Positions 1 to 10,576 of a DNA stretch of 64,000 nucleotides are shown here, piece by piece; position 1 is the stretch's first letter, and every line of letters begins with the position of its first letter. Origin of the DNA: an uncultured Nitrososphaeraceae archaeon (GTDB taxonomy: Archaea; Thermoproteota; Nitrososphaeria; Nitrososphaerales; Nitrososphaeraceae); the NCBI GenBank assembly GCA_963765895.1, contig CAVXZB010000019.1:320001-384000 (forward strand), in the 5' to 3' direction. A model generated the notes under the pieces. It was not told where the DNA came from. It did no database searches and saw only the letters and a program-made list of their open reading frames with translations. The position numbers were made by a program, and so were the translations under genes.

Positions 1-1
1 T

Positions 2-1000
2 TTAAAACCACAGCTGACAGTAGGAGGCCGCGGAAAAGAGGGTGCTATTATAAAATGTAATACAGAGCAAGATATTGTAAACAAATTCGAGAACCTAATT
101 CGTAATAAGATTAAGGGGGAGCTGCCTAGGGGGATACTTTTAGAGCAAGCCGTTGATATTAAAGAGGAATTATACGTTTCGTTCTTTCTGAATAGGAGTA
201 AAAGATGCTTTTCTGTTATAGCTTCTCCTGAAGGTGGTGTAGAGATTGAGAGTACAGAAAACAAGATAGTAATGGATGTTCCTCTGGCCGGAATCGAAAG
301 CGGAACTGCACAGAATATCACTGCCGAGCTTTCTATTAAAGAGCCTTTGAGAAACCCACTAGTAGATGTAATCTTGAGTTTATCAAAATTCGTTGTAGAA
401 AAGGAGGTAGAGCTAGCCGAAATTAATCCTTTGGTGGTCCTATCAGACGGATCTGTGATCGCACTTGATTCTAAGGTAATTATTGACGATAACTCACTAT
501 TTAGGCATCCAGAATTAATAAAATATGAACATCTTTCGGAGCAAGAGGCTCAGGCGCGAAGGAACGGTTTCTCGTTCGTAAAGTTAGACGGAAATATCGC
601 AATCGTGGGAAACGGCGCCGGTCTGGTTATGTCAACTCTTGATATGGTATCAGATCGAGGCGGCAAGGCCGGTGCATTCCTAGATTTCGGGGGAAGTGCT
701 ACTAGAGATTCTATATACGAAGCTCTTAAATTAATCGACGGACTTCCACAGATAAAAGTTATACTAATAAATCTATTTGGGGGCATAGTGAAAACTAGCC
801 TAGTAGCGCAGGCTATCTTTGATGGATATAAGGAAGGCGTTATTTCAGTGCCCCTCTTTGCCAGGATATCTGGATCGGAGTCTGATAAGGCTAGAGAGAT
901 CCTCCGCGAAGGAAAGGCTAGAATGTTTGATTCAGTAGAAGATTCGATATCCGCAGCACTTGATGCTATTAGCCCTAAGGAGAGAAATATCCATGGATAG
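2..1000 (+). CDS. sucC: Succinyl-CoA ligase beta subunit (5' partial)
   Basis: Frame open from window start (LKPQLTVGGRGKEG); EINPL, GNGAGLVM, FLDFGG, NLFGGI motifs; followed by alpha subunit. Confidence 0.93.
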   Translation, partial: LKPQLTVGGRGKEGAIIKCNTEQDIVNKFENLIRNKIKGELPRGILLEQAVDIKEELYVSFFLNRSKRCFSVIASPEGGVEIESTENKIVMDVPLAGIESGTAQNITAELSIKEPLRNPLVDVILSLSKFVVEKEVELAEINPLVVLSDGSVIALDSKVIIDDNSLFRHPELIKYEHLSEQEAQARRNGFSFVKLDGNIAIVGNGAGLVMSTLDMVSDRGGKAGAFLDFGGSATRDSIYEALKLIDGLPQIKVILINLFGGIVKTSLVAQAIFDGYKEGVISVPLFARISGSESDKAREILREGKARMFDSVEDSISAALDAISPKERNIHG

Positions 1001-1907
1001 GTTTGATTTAATGAAAATATTAATAGGAACCCCTGATGACACGGATTATCAGAATAAGGATGTAATTATCCAAGGCATCACCGGTAGCTTTGGTTCGACG
1101 CATACTAGACTTATGAAGGGCTATGGTACTAACATAACTGCTGGAGTCACTCCAGGAAAGGGAGGTAGTACGTTTGATGGAATTCCAGTGTTTGATAATA
1201 TGAAGGACGCAGTGGCGTCGACTGGTTCAATAATTACTGGGATTTTTGTTCCGGCCCCATCATTTCTTTCTGCTGGAAAAGAGGCATTGGAATGCGGGAT
1301 TAAACTCATTGTGGCGATTCCGGAACACGTTCCTGTTCGTGACTCAATAGAGCTATATGAGCTAGCAAGAAAAAATAATGCAAGAATACTTGGTCCAAAT
1401 ACACCAGGAGTGATTCTGCCCAATATAATGAAGATTGGCATCATGCCAGGACAACCATTTACTAAAGGCAATACCGTTGTATTATCAAGAAGCGGAACTC
1501 TGATGTATGAGGTATCGTACATTCTCTCAAAGGCTGGCTATGGCCAACGACTATGTTTCGGCATCGGAGGCGATCCTATAAATGGGACCAATCTTATCGA
1601 AGCAGTAGACATGGTTCGACACTACGATGATATTGATTCAGTGGTTATGGTAGGTGAAATCGGTGGCGATGCAGAAGAACAATTTGCCGAACATTTATTG
1701 AAAATTGGATTTAACAAGCCTGTAATAGCTTATATCGCGGGTAGATCTGCGCCAAAAGAAAAGACAATGGGACATGCAGGCGCGATAGTTTACGGGAATT
1801 ACGGCTCAGCAGAATCTAAATTTTCAAGCCTAAAGGAGGCGCATATTCCTGTTGCCAAAAGCCCGGCCGAAGTCCCAAGCCTACTTCGCGAAGAGCTCAG
1901 GCGATAG
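993..1907 (+). CDS. sucD: Succinyl-CoA ligase alpha subunit
   Basis: QGITG, GVTPGKGG, GPNTPG, SRSGTL, GIGGDP, MGHAGA (phospho-His); ATG 993 overlaps sucC end. Confidence 0.95.
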   Translation: MDRFDLMKILIGTPDDTDYQNKDVIIQGITGSFGSTHTRLMKGYGTNITAGVTPGKGGSTFDGIPVFDNMKDAVASTGSIITGIFVPAPSFLSAGKEALECGIKLIVAIPEHVPVRDSIELYELARKNNARILGPNTPGVILPNIMKIGIMPGQPFTKGNTVVLSRSGTLMYEVSYILSKAGYGQRLCFGIGGDPINGTNLIEAVDMVRHYDDIDSVVMVGEIGGDAEEQFAEHLLKIGFNKPVIAYIAGRSAPKEKTMGHAGAIVYGNYGSAESKFSSLKEAHIPVAKSPAEVPSLLREELRR

Positions 1908-2026
1908 ATAATTGAATCTAATCTGGGCATGTCCCCTGCCTAGGCTGCAACTGGTGCCAGTTCGAGGATCCAACCCGCCTTCCTTGAGTCCAAGACATGC
2001 AGAATAATTAGATAGCCTTGGCATAA

Positions 2027-2200
2027 ATGTCCTCTGAGATTAGATTCTGTGATAAATGTTTGTCAAAGACTTTACACCAAATCCTGGAAGATCCAGATAT
2101 ATTGTACACGTATAAACGAAAACGTTTATACCGATGCATTCAATGCGGCAATCGAAGCCTCAAGCGGTCCTTAAGGCCGTCAGCTGAATCGGTGTATTGA
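2027..2200 (+). CDS. 57-aa putative zinc-ribbon protein (absent from ORF track)
   Basis: Manual translation MSSEIRFCDKCLSKTLH...YRCIQCGNRS...SVY*; two CxxC pairs. Confidence 0.7.
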   Translation: MSSEIRFCDKCLSKTLHQILEDPDILYTYKRKRLYRCIQCGNRSLKRSLRPSAESVY

Positions 2201-2333
2201 TCTATAAGAATTTTTTCCGATCTCTGACTACCGTAATAATCTCTTGTTATAAGGATTCATCAAGACAATTTTAGTTGAGTTGATCTGTGTGATCGGTGTT
2301 AGGCCTTATATCCGGTTATTACTAAATTATGAT

Positions 2334-2897
2334 ATGAGAAGATTCATGGTCTATCTTTTTAACGATAAATTTACTCCGCATGATGCCAGAGCGGTGTTGA
2401 AGCAGGCTCGCGATATGGCTATCGATTCTGGTATCATCGTGCGAGATGTCAGAGTAGCGACTGATTTTTTGGAGATCGACATGAGTCTGTCGGATGATAT
2501 TCAATTGGAAGACGCGCTGTCCTTACTTAATCCGATTAGCCCACTTGTAGAATATCAAATAGTGGAAGACAAATATATGGAAAAAGAAGTTTCAATTGAA
2601 TACGCAAGAGATCTCTTTAACTCGCAAAAATATTGGAGAACTCACGAGGTACTCGAAGCAATATGGAAGAATTCAGAAAATACTGAAAAACTAATTCTTA
2701 ACTCGATTATTCTGATTTGTGCAGCTCTTGTGCATTATCAGAAAAATGAAATTGATGTATGTATCTCAATTCTGAGAAGGGCTTTACTCAAGCTTGATAA
2801 GATTGAGGGCAGGTACTTTGGAATTGATTTAGATAATATTAAAGCTAAGGTATCGAAGATAATTAAGACAGGAGTTGTAGAAAAACTTACCATTTAA
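2334..2897 (+). CDS. DUF309-domain protein
   Basis: LFNSQKYWRTHEVLEAIW and AALVH motifs typical of DUF309. Confidence 0.75.
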   Translation: MRRFMVYLFNDKFTPHDARAVLKQARDMAIDSGIIVRDVRVATDFLEIDMSLSDDIQLEDALSLLNPISPLVEYQIVEDKYMEKEVSIEYARDLFNSQKYWRTHEVLEAIWKNSENTEKLILNSIILICAALVHYQKNEIDVCISILRRALLKLDKIEGRYFGIDLDNIKAKVSKIIKTGVVEKLTI

Positions 2898-3085
2898 TCA
2901 GAAAATAAAGGTAGAAATCAGACCGCGGTAAATGTTACTTTAGTGTCAGGGGCCACTGCGTTTAAATCTGATCCTATAAATCAATCCGCTTGGTGAAGAT
3001 TACCTTAATCACATGTGGTAATACATTTATCAATTTTCAATCAAAATCCAAGACGTAATAAATAAAGGTAAGCTGTTATCAAGTC

Positions 3086-4789
3086 ATGATAGGCATGGCT
3101 ATGGAACTAAAGGTTCATCCGTCATTTTTTAGGGAGTTTGCGACTAAGACTTGGGTTTCCCCAAATGAGATAGTTAAAGAGCTTGTAGAAAACGCCTTTG
3201 ACGAAGATGCGACAAAGGTCCTACTCACTATTTTAATCAATGGATCCGTAATTATAGAGGATGACGCAGGAATGAATAAGTTTTCTATGGAAAAATTCTT
3301 GCTATTAGGTTCACCGCACAAGAAGTATGACCATATATCCCCAAAGTTTAAAAGAGTCAGAACTGGCAGATATGGAACCGGTAGACTATCTTTTCTGACA
3401 TCGTTTGAAAAAATGAAAATTAGAACGAAAAATGATGATTTTATCAAGTCCATAGTGATAGATGCTGACACTCTTGACAAACTGTACAGCGGCAATGTGG
3501 CATTACCCGAAGAATCTGACTCTCCTCTGATGAGGAATGGTACTGAACTTTATCTAAGCAACCCAAAGGTTGCGATAGACAGCAATAAATTAATAAAAGA
3601 AATTAGAAAGCTCGCAATACTTAGACATCCAATGTTTGAAGTTTTTTTTAAGCTATCTGAAAAGTTTGAAGAGTGGAATTTCCAGGATGCACAGGTGATC
3701 AGGCCACCAGAAATTCAGGGACATCGAATTCCAGTAAACCTGGACGATGGTAGAATAACCGGTGAAATAGTTATTGCCAGAAGGCCCTTGTCTGATGATG
3801 AGAGAGGAATTGCCATAATGGTCGGAAGTCATATAGTAACTCGAAGTAATTTTGGCTTCGAGGCTAAGCTAAATAGAGTATCAGGATATATAAGGTGCGA
3901 CTCGTTAACGTCTAGATTTGCTGATAAATCAGCACTCATAGAAGACGCCGAATATTCAAAATTTATGGATATAATGAAGTCATTTGTCGACTCGACTGTT
4001 CTACCAAGCTTAAGTCAGTATGAAGATGTGTTAATTACTCGCGAAGAATCACGAATTTATAAGGAAATTGACAAGGTATTGGGGCAGGCCTTAATTGAGA
4101 GTTCCGAGACACAGGAGGAAATAGAAGAATTGAGTACCATTGACGTTACCGAGGTGGTAAAATCCGACAAGTCTAAGGATCATCGGGGTAATTCCAACGA
4201 AGATGCTGTTATTGATTCAGAAATGGCGATACCAGTAACTGAATCCCATGTTAAATTGGATCAATCTTCAGCCGATCTAGTTCATAGTAATATCGCTATT
4301 CCGGCGGATCGGTCTATCGTCCGCGATGAACCGGAGACCCAGATCACTCAATCTCCAAGCACTACCGGATCAACTAATTTGACTGGCGGTGGAAATAATG
4401 ATAGACCTTACGATACCGGCAACTCATACCCCCAGCTGAACAGTAGATTTGACGACACCTCGCTAAAAGTTAGGAAAATCCGAACACCAGTTGTAAAAAG
4501 AACGTTCGCCCTGAAAAAAGTGGGTTACAAGGTCATTCCATATGAAGATGGCAGCGATTCACGTTATAGTTTTACTAGCGAAAATGTGGTATTTGTCAAC
4601 AAAGCAAATTCTACATACAAAGCGGAGGCGAACAGAGGAGACGAATTCTTGTTAAGACATATTATTAATTTGGTTGCCGAAGCTGTGGCACAAACAAAAC
4701 ATCCGGAAGGAAAGGATGCACTAGAACTTCAAAACCGTCTGATAGCCGAAGCGATAAGAATACACGACGGCTCTATAAATAGAAAGTGA
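3086..4789 (+). CDS. GHKL (HATPase_c / MORC-like) ATPase
   Basis: ELVENAFD, EDDAGM, GRYGTG, NGT Bergerat-fold motifs; low-complexity linker; C-terminal VFVNKAN segment. Confidence 0.8.
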   Translation: MIGMAMELKVHPSFFREFATKTWVSPNEIVKELVENAFDEDATKVLLTILINGSVIIEDDAGMNKFSMEKFLLLGSPHKKYDHISPKFKRVRTGRYGTGRLSFLTSFEKMKIRTKNDDFIKSIVIDADTLDKLYSGNVALPEESDSPLMRNGTELYLSNPKVAIDSNKLIKEIRKLAILRHPMFEVFFKLSEKFEEWNFQDAQVIRPPEIQGHRIPVNLDDGRITGEIVIARRPLSDDERGIAIMVGSHIVTRSNFGFEAKLNRVSGYIRCDSLTSRFADKSALIEDAEYSKFMDIMKSFVDSTVLPSLSQYEDVLITREESRIYKEIDKVLGQALIESSETQEEIEELSTIDVTEVVKSDKSKDHRGNSNEDAVIDSEMAIPVTESHVKLDQSSADLVHSNIAIPADRSIVRDEPETQITQSPSTTGSTNLTGGGNNDRPYDTGNSYPQLNSRFDDTSLKVRKIRTPVVKRTFALKKVGYKVIPYEDGSDSRYSFTSENVVFVNKANSTYKAEANRGDEFLLRHIINLVAEAVAQTKHPEGKDALELQNRLIAEAIRIHDGSINRK

Positions 4790-4954
4790 GAAATTTGAGG
4801 CCAGATCCTGTTTTGATATTTTGAATTCGATCCAGAGATTAGCAGACCGTCATAGCGAAGTAACACGCTTGCTTAATCTAGAATAACCAACTTGAGATGA
4901 CTATTTAATAGAAACGACTAAATCTAACCTGTATAAGATATATCATGAAAATCT

Positions 4955-5551
4955 ATGGCGTTTCAATTTATGCCTGGTGCAACCGCCGTTGGAATCACTT
5001 TTTCTGAAGGTGTGGTACTGGCCGCAGAAAAACGTGTTTCATACGGAAATTTTGTGATAAACAAGAATACAAAGAAAACTTTTCTGATAACAGAATATGT
5101 TGGGGCTGCTTGCGCTGGAATGATCGCTGACATGCAAGTACTGGTCAGGCAAGTCGAAGCTTTGGCGAAAATAAGAAAACTCGAAACTCGACGCAATGTG
5201 GCGCCAAATTCCATTGCAAAACTAATGTCTGTGATAATGTTCGAGCGAAGATTTTTTCCGTTATTGACACAAGTGATTGTAGGTGGTATTATAGATAAAC
5301 CCAGCATATATACTCTGGATCCCGTTGGCTCGGTTCTGCCCGATGATTACGCAGCAGTTGGAACAGGAGCAGAAATGGCTTTAGGAGTGTTAGATTCAGA
5401 ATTTAAAAAACACAATACTCAGGAGAAAGCTCGAGAATTAGCAATCAAGGCAATCAAATCATCTATTCAACGAGATTCAGCTAGTGGCGACGGCTTAGAT
5501 GTCATTGTTACTACAAGTAGCGGACATACAGAGGAAACGATGAGTTTCTAG
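4955..5551 (+). CDS. psmB: Proteasome beta subunit (probably the non-catalytic paralog)
   Basis: TAVGI, VLAAEKR, AGMIADMQ, GTG, RDSASGDG motifs. Confidence 0.92.
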   Translation: MAFQFMPGATAVGITFSEGVVLAAEKRVSYGNFVINKNTKKTFLITEYVGAACAGMIADMQVLVRQVEALAKIRKLETRRNVAPNSIAKLMSVIMFERRFFPLLTQVIVGGIIDKPSIYTLDPVGSVLPDDYAAVGTGAEMALGVLDSEFKKHNTQEKARELAIKAIKSSIQRDSASGDGLDVIVTTSSGHTEETMSF

Positions 5552-5659
5552 CGAGTCATCTGAGACAAGCGTCAGCCTTGCAAGCTGTTAGGACCAAAAA
5601 AAGCCACGATGTGATCAGAAAAATAAATATGCATGAAATGAGCATACTTTTTTGGTAGA

Positions 5660-5743
5660 ATGTCTGAACCTGTAAGTGAAGAAGTGCAACAAGAATTTGA
5701 AGATGACTTGGATGAGGATATTGATGATGAAGAGAACCTGTAA
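5660..5743 (+). CDS. Putative 27-aa highly acidic peptide
   Basis: MSEPVSEEVQQEFEDDLDEDIDDEENL*; AT-rich TATA-like element about 30 nt upstream. Confidence 0.4.
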   Translation: MSEPVSEEVQQEFEDDLDEDIDDEENL

Positions 5744-6114
5744 TTTATAACTAGTATCTTCAATTAATAACTTTTTCCATGATACCCGCAGTTCATTTGT
5801 TGTCAGGGATTTCCTTTTTCAACCATCCAAAATCTGTATAAAAATTGATGAAATGTTAGTGCTTGTAGTCACTTAATATGTCCCTGTACCTTGGATCTTT
5901 ATATGAAATATACTTCACGTACTCGCCATAAGTCATATTAAAAGGACAACTTTTACATCGAACAAATGAAAAATCATCTGACAATTCGGCTATTTTCTTA
6001 CAATCTGGACAATGAATCTTCAATAACAGCTATAAGTCGAACAATAATAAAATTCTAACTAATTTCATAATTTGTATTTCTCTTCAGCCAATATGAAAAA
6101 AGCTACTTGATGAG

Positions 6115-6276
6115 CTATACGGCCTTTACCTGCTTTACTATTGGTTGACGTGATTTTCTAAAGACGCGAAAACCACAGATGCATTTAATTTCAGGTAACC
6201 TTGAAAGCTCTTCAACAGAAACTGACATGCCACATCTCATACAATCATAAATTACGTCTCCAAGATCTTCAGCCAT
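6115..6276 (-). CDS. rpoP: DNA-directed RNA polymerase subunit P (Rpo12)
   Basis: Manual translation MAEDLGDVIYDCMRCG...IKCICGFRVFRKSRQPIVKQVKAV*; Rpo12 Zn ribbon and C-terminal signature; missed by ORF track. Confidence 0.92.
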   Translation of the reverse strand: MAEDLGDVIYDCMRCGMSVSVEELSRLPEIKCICGFRVFRKSRQPIVKQVKAV

Positions 6277-6519
6277 TAATAATAAGAATCAGCTTAAAGT
6301 GAATTTAAAGATTGTGAATTCAATTTGTATTATTTCATCAAGAACCTACATTTGTGGATAGTTATTGTATAGGATTAAATACGAATGTACCTTTAGGCTG
6401 AATAAAATATAGAAATCCATAAGTAGCCACTTTAGATCTAGTCAACAAATGAATAGTTGATCTTTGTAATTAAGAACTTTAGGAATTAGAACATCATACG
6501 AGAATTTAAGCAGGAAAGG

Positions 6520-7737
6520 TCAGGTTTGCCTCTTTTTTCTAGCTGAGACAATTGAGAGAATGTCTCGGTCCTTCAAATGGTAAGAGGTAGGCAGTCTCAA
6601 GCCGTCTCGAACATCTATCGCATAGAGCAAGCCTTTGGCAAGATCAGTATGAATATCTTCTGCCAAATCCTTTACTGTGGATCCAGTTTTCATTAAATAG
6701 ACATCAGGCAAAACATTTCCAGACCGATCAGACATTTTCGTGGGGTCTGCAACAGGATAAACAGTATTCATTCTTAATAACTTAAATACCGCCACGTTTA
6801 TGGCAAACTGGACCCCTGTTCGCATGTATTCATTTAGTACGTCTTTTCGAATGAAATTAAGGGCCCATTTTTGTTTGTCATTCAAACTTGATTGGTTGGT
6901 CATTTCAAATCGTTCATCACCTGGGAGATACTTTATAAGTCCGCGAGCTTGAGCACGGCGGAGTGTAAGTTCAGCGTCTGCACTTGTTGGAACTATAATC
7001 GAGTCCTTGTACTCCTCTCGCAACCTTCTAAAATTTTCTGTTGCAATTGGAAGATCCACCTTGTTAGCCACAATGAGTGTCGGCTTTGAAATCTCTCTCA
7101 AACTCCAACAAAAATTTCTCCGATTTTCTGGATTGAAATCATCAAATTTTATATTCTGAAGTTCGTTCACTCTAAGGGCATATTTGACGTGATCTTCCCT
7201 AACGCCAATCCCCCTAAAAATCTCGGTGATCGACGAAACTACATCATTAGAAGAATTTACTGATCTTGAAATTTTGTCATAGTTTCCTTCGAGTAATTTC
7301 AGGTACCACATTATAACTTCTTCTTCAATATCTGCAATATCAGCAACTGGGTCTCCTGTTCCAGCTTCAGCGATCTTACCGGAGGCGTCAATACTACCTG
7401 AGGCATCTACAATATGAAGGAGGGCATCTGATTGAGCTGCTATAGACAAAAATTGGTTCCCAAGACCTTTACCCTCCCATGCACCTTTAATAAGTCCAGG
7501 CAAATCGACGAGTTCTATGGGGATAAACCTCCAACCGTCAATACATTTTGAATTTCGCGGCGAGTCAAGCACTCCTAGCTCCTTATGAACACATAATGTT
7601 ATGGCACTAGCGTTACCCACATTAGGTTGTTTGGTTACGAATGGGTAGTTGGATATTTCAGCTGATCCCAGTGTAGCTGCGTTAAAAAAAGTCGTCTTGC
7701 CAGTATTAGTTTTACCAATCAAACCAATCTTTATCAT
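6520..7737 (-). CDS. ychF: Obg-family YchF-type ATPase/GTPase
   Basis: GKTNTGKTT P-loop, NYPFVT, DLPGL, GLGNQFL, NKVD, C-terminal TGS domain. Confidence 0.9.
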   Translation of the reverse strand: MIKIGLIGKTNTGKTTFFNAATLGSAEISNYPFVTKQPNVGNASAITLCVHKELGVLDSPRNSKCIDGWRFIPIELVDLPGLIKGAWEGKGLGNQFLSIAAQSDALLHIVDASGSIDASGKIAEAGTGDPVADIADIEEEVIMWYLKLLEGNYDKISRSVNSSNDVVSSITEIFRGIGVREDHVKYALRVNELQNIKFDDFNPENRRNFCWSLREISKPTLIVANKVDLPIATENFRRLREEYKDSIIVPTSADAELTLRRAQARGLIKYLPGDERFEMTNQSSLNDKQKWALNFIRKDVLNEYMRTGVQFAINVAVFKLLRMNTVYPVADPTKMSDRSGNVLPDVYLMKTGSTVKDLAEDIHTDLAKGLLYAIDVRDGLRLPTSYHLKDRDILSIVSARKKRQT

Positions 7738-7803
7738 GAACCTTCCCCATTGACTTGAGCTTATAAATATATTCTTCCGGTTGATTATATTAACACAACA
7801 GCA

Positions 7804-9486
7804 TCATTTGATGGCTAAAGGAACAGTAATAGCTCCGTTTGAAGCCGATTGAACCAAGGTAGAATATTTTGCAAGTGCCCCGGACCTATAACGCGGTCGT
7901 ATTGGTTTCCATGTTCTTTCTCTTTTCTTTATTTCACTTGAAGTTAATTGTATGCTTAACTTTCCCTTTCGAACATCTATTTCGATTATGTCGCCATTTT
8001 TTATAAAGGCAATTGGTCCACCTACAATAGCCTCGGGACTGACATGACCCACCATAAAGCCTCTTGTTGCTCCAGAAAAGCGGCCATCAGTAATCAATGC
8101 GACTTTTTCACCCAAGCTTTGTCCGACTACTGCAGCCGTTACGGCAAGCATTTCTCGCATACCGGGTCCCCCCTTAGGCCCCTCATATCTGATAACTATT
8201 ACATCACCTTCAACTATTCTTTGTTTCGCCAGGGCGTCAAAGGCAGCTTCTTCAGAATTAAAGACTTTTGCACTGCCGACAAATTTTGCTGTATTAATTC
8301 CGGCAATCTTTATCACCGCTCCCTCTGGCGCTAGGTTTCCCTTCAAAATTTTCAAAGTTCCCTGTTTGTGGATAGGATTTCCAATTGGCTTCACTACCCG
8401 CTGAGATTGAGTACTACTAAACTGGATCGAATTAATATTTTCCTTGATACTTTTACCGGTCACTGTAATTGTGTTGCCGTTTATCAATCCAGCTTTCAAA
8501 AGGCTATTCATCACAATTGGAATACCACCAATATCATCCAAATCTCGCATAACATATACACCGCCAGGTCTCAGGTCTGCAATATGCGGTACTTTGCGTC
8601 GTATTCTCTCGAAATCATCTAGCCTTAGCTTGATTCCGACCTCCCTTGACAATGCTAATAGATGCAATACGGAATTTGTTGATCCACCAATAGCGTTTAC
8701 GATTGCAATTGCATTCTCAAATGCATCAAAAGTCATAATATCCTTGGGTCTGATGTTACTTTCAATCAGGCTGTGAATTTGTCTGCCAGCGTCGTAACAT
8801 AACTTTGTCCTTTTATCACTTTCTGCTGGTGGAGATGAGCTGCCAGGGAACGAGATGCCAATAGCTTCTGCTACAGATGCCATCGTATTTGCCGTATACA
8901 TTCCGGCACAAGAACCTGCAGAGGGGCAAGCGACGTTTTCTAAACTGAGGAGTTCATCCGCTGTCATTTTTCCTGAATCGTACATACCTACTGCTTCATA
9001 GACATCTTGAATAGTAACTTGCTTACCATTCCAAGACCCTGGTAAAATTGTACCGCCGTATACAAAAATTGAGGGCAAATTTAACCTTGCCATAGCCATC
9101 ATCGTACCAGGTAGACTCTTATCACAGCCCGAAATTCCTACTATTCCATCATACTGGTGTGCACGCATCATGACCTCTATAGAGTCGGCAATAATTTCTC
9201 TGCTAACAAGAGATGCCCTCATACCCTCATGGCCCATAGCTATTCCATCTGAGACCGCGATTGTGGTAAATTCTCTAGGAGTACAGCCCCCGTCCTTTGC
9301 TCCCTCTTTAGCGACATGGGCTAACCGTCCCAGGTGAATGTTACACGGAGTGGCTTCATTACACGAAGAGCATACTGCAATAATCGGCCGAGCCAAGTCC
9401 TCTTCCATCAATCCCATGGCTTTGTACATTGCTCTCTGAGGCGCTCTTGAAGGACCTTCAAGAACTGTTCTACTGGGTAAATCCAA
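7804..9486 (-). CDS. ilvD: Dihydroxy-acid dehydratase
   Basis: [54 protein letters not shown]. Confidence 0.96.
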   Translation of the reverse strand: MDLPSRTVLEGPSRAPQRAMYKAMGLMEEDLARPIIAVCSSCNEATPCNIHLGRLAHVAKEGAKDGGCTPREFTTIAVSDGIAMGHEGMRASLVSREIIADSIEVMMRAHQYDGIVGISGCDKSLPGTMMAMARLNLPSIFVYGGTILPGSWNGKQVTIQDVYEAVGMYDSGKMTADELLSLENVACPSAGSCAGMYTANTMASVAEAIGISFPGSSSPPAESDKRTKLCYDAGRQIHSLIESNIRPKDIMTFDAFENAIAIVNAIGGSTNSVLHLLALSREVGIKLRLDDFERIRRKVPHIADLRPGGVYVMRDLDDIGGIPIVMNSLLKAGLINGNTITVTGKSIKENINSIQFSSTQSQRVVKPIGNPIHKQGTLKILKGNLAPEGAVIKIAGINTAKFVGSAKVFNSEEAAFDALAKQRIVEGDVIVIRYEGPKGGPGMREMLAVTAAVVGQSLGEKVALITDGRFSGATRGFMVGHVSPEAIVGGPIAFIKNGDIIEIDVRKGKLSIQLTSSEIKKRERTWKPIRPRYRSGALAKYSTLVQSASNGAITVPLAIK

Positions 9487-9552
9487 TTCGGATCCTATAT
9501 ATCTCTTATATATTTTAATATTCTTTTTGCTGATTTTTATTTTACCAGAATT

Positions 9553-9756
9553 TCATTCAAGCAAAGCAATGATCTTGATTGCATCAAGGCCTTCTAGCTT
9601 GAAGATGGTCTCGCACATCCCACATTCAGCATTCCCACTGGACATATCGTTTGCTGAAATTTCTTCATTCTGATAGTCGCATTTAGGGCATCGGAATGAA
9701 AAGGAAATAGCAAAATTATCAAGTTCTACTGTTTCAGTCATAGCATTTACTAGCAT
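9553..9756 (-). CDS. Small zinc-ribbon protein
   Basis: CPKC...CGMC pairs in 67 aa. Confidence 0.65.
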   Translation of the reverse strand: MLVNAMTETVELDNFAISFSFRCPKCDYQNEEISANDMSSGNAECGMCETIFKLEGLDAIKIIALLE

Positions 9757-9964
9757 GAATATATTATATTTAAGATGTGCTGTGCGATCGCTACAGAACT
9801 CATCTACTATTTCTATAGCAATTACCTACATGTAAAGTGCCCTGGGTTGAGTATCAAATTCTATGCGAGCCTGTGTCTCTTACTAACCATTATGATATTA
9901 GCATTTTTACCTCTTAGTTTTAGGTGTCTATAGTTAATCTCTGAAATAAATATATAGTATACAA

Positions 9965-10435
9965 ATGACTATCCGTAGAGTAATGCATAAAACAACATCG
10001 TGCATTTTTTGTTCTATAATTCAGGGTCATGCACCAGGTGTATTTGTTTATACTGATAAAGAGTTTATTGCCCTGATGGACAAGTATCCAGTCAATTACG
10101 GACATACTCTCCTGGTACCCAAAATACACTACATAGATCTATTATCCATGCCTATAGATCTAATTGGTAGAATGTATTGTATGGCTGCGAATCTAGCGAA
10201 AGCAATAGTAATGTCAGTCAAGGCAGACGGTTTTAATCTCGGCCAGAATAACGGTCGCGCGGCAAATCAAATTGTGCCGCACGTTCACGTGCATATTATT
10301 CCCCGTTATAACTATGATAGTCCTAACGGAAACTGGCCGTCTAGAAAAGTTGCCTCTCTGGCAGACCTAAGTAAGATCGCTGAATCAATCACCAAATCTA
10401 TTGCCGAACCACTTTATTCTGGTTATCTTCAATAG
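9965..10435 (+). CDS. HIT family hydrolase
   Basis: CIFC, GHTLLVPK, AANQIVPHVHVHIIPR histidine triad. Confidence 0.93.
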   Translation: MTIRRVMHKTTSCIFCSIIQGHAPGVFVYTDKEFIALMDKYPVNYGHTLLVPKIHYIDLLSMPIDLIGRMYCMAANLAKAIVMSVKADGFNLGQNNGRAANQIVPHVHVHIIPRYNYDSPNGNWPSRKVASLADLSKIAESITKSIAEPLYSGYLQ

Positions 10436-10576
10436 TGGTCGGATAGTGTTTTTCGACAGACACCAAAGTTTGGGTTTCTTCGAAAATTCGGTCTGGGACT
10501 AGAAGTTCATTCATTGTCCACGTGTTGTTAAAAAAAACGAAGTAAATTCCTTTTAAACAGAGTATAAGCAAGGTCT

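Noticed and set aside
1921-2005. HDV-like ribozyme or tRNA
   Set aside because: No P1.1 GG or matching P2 3' strand; no cloverleaf or T-loop.
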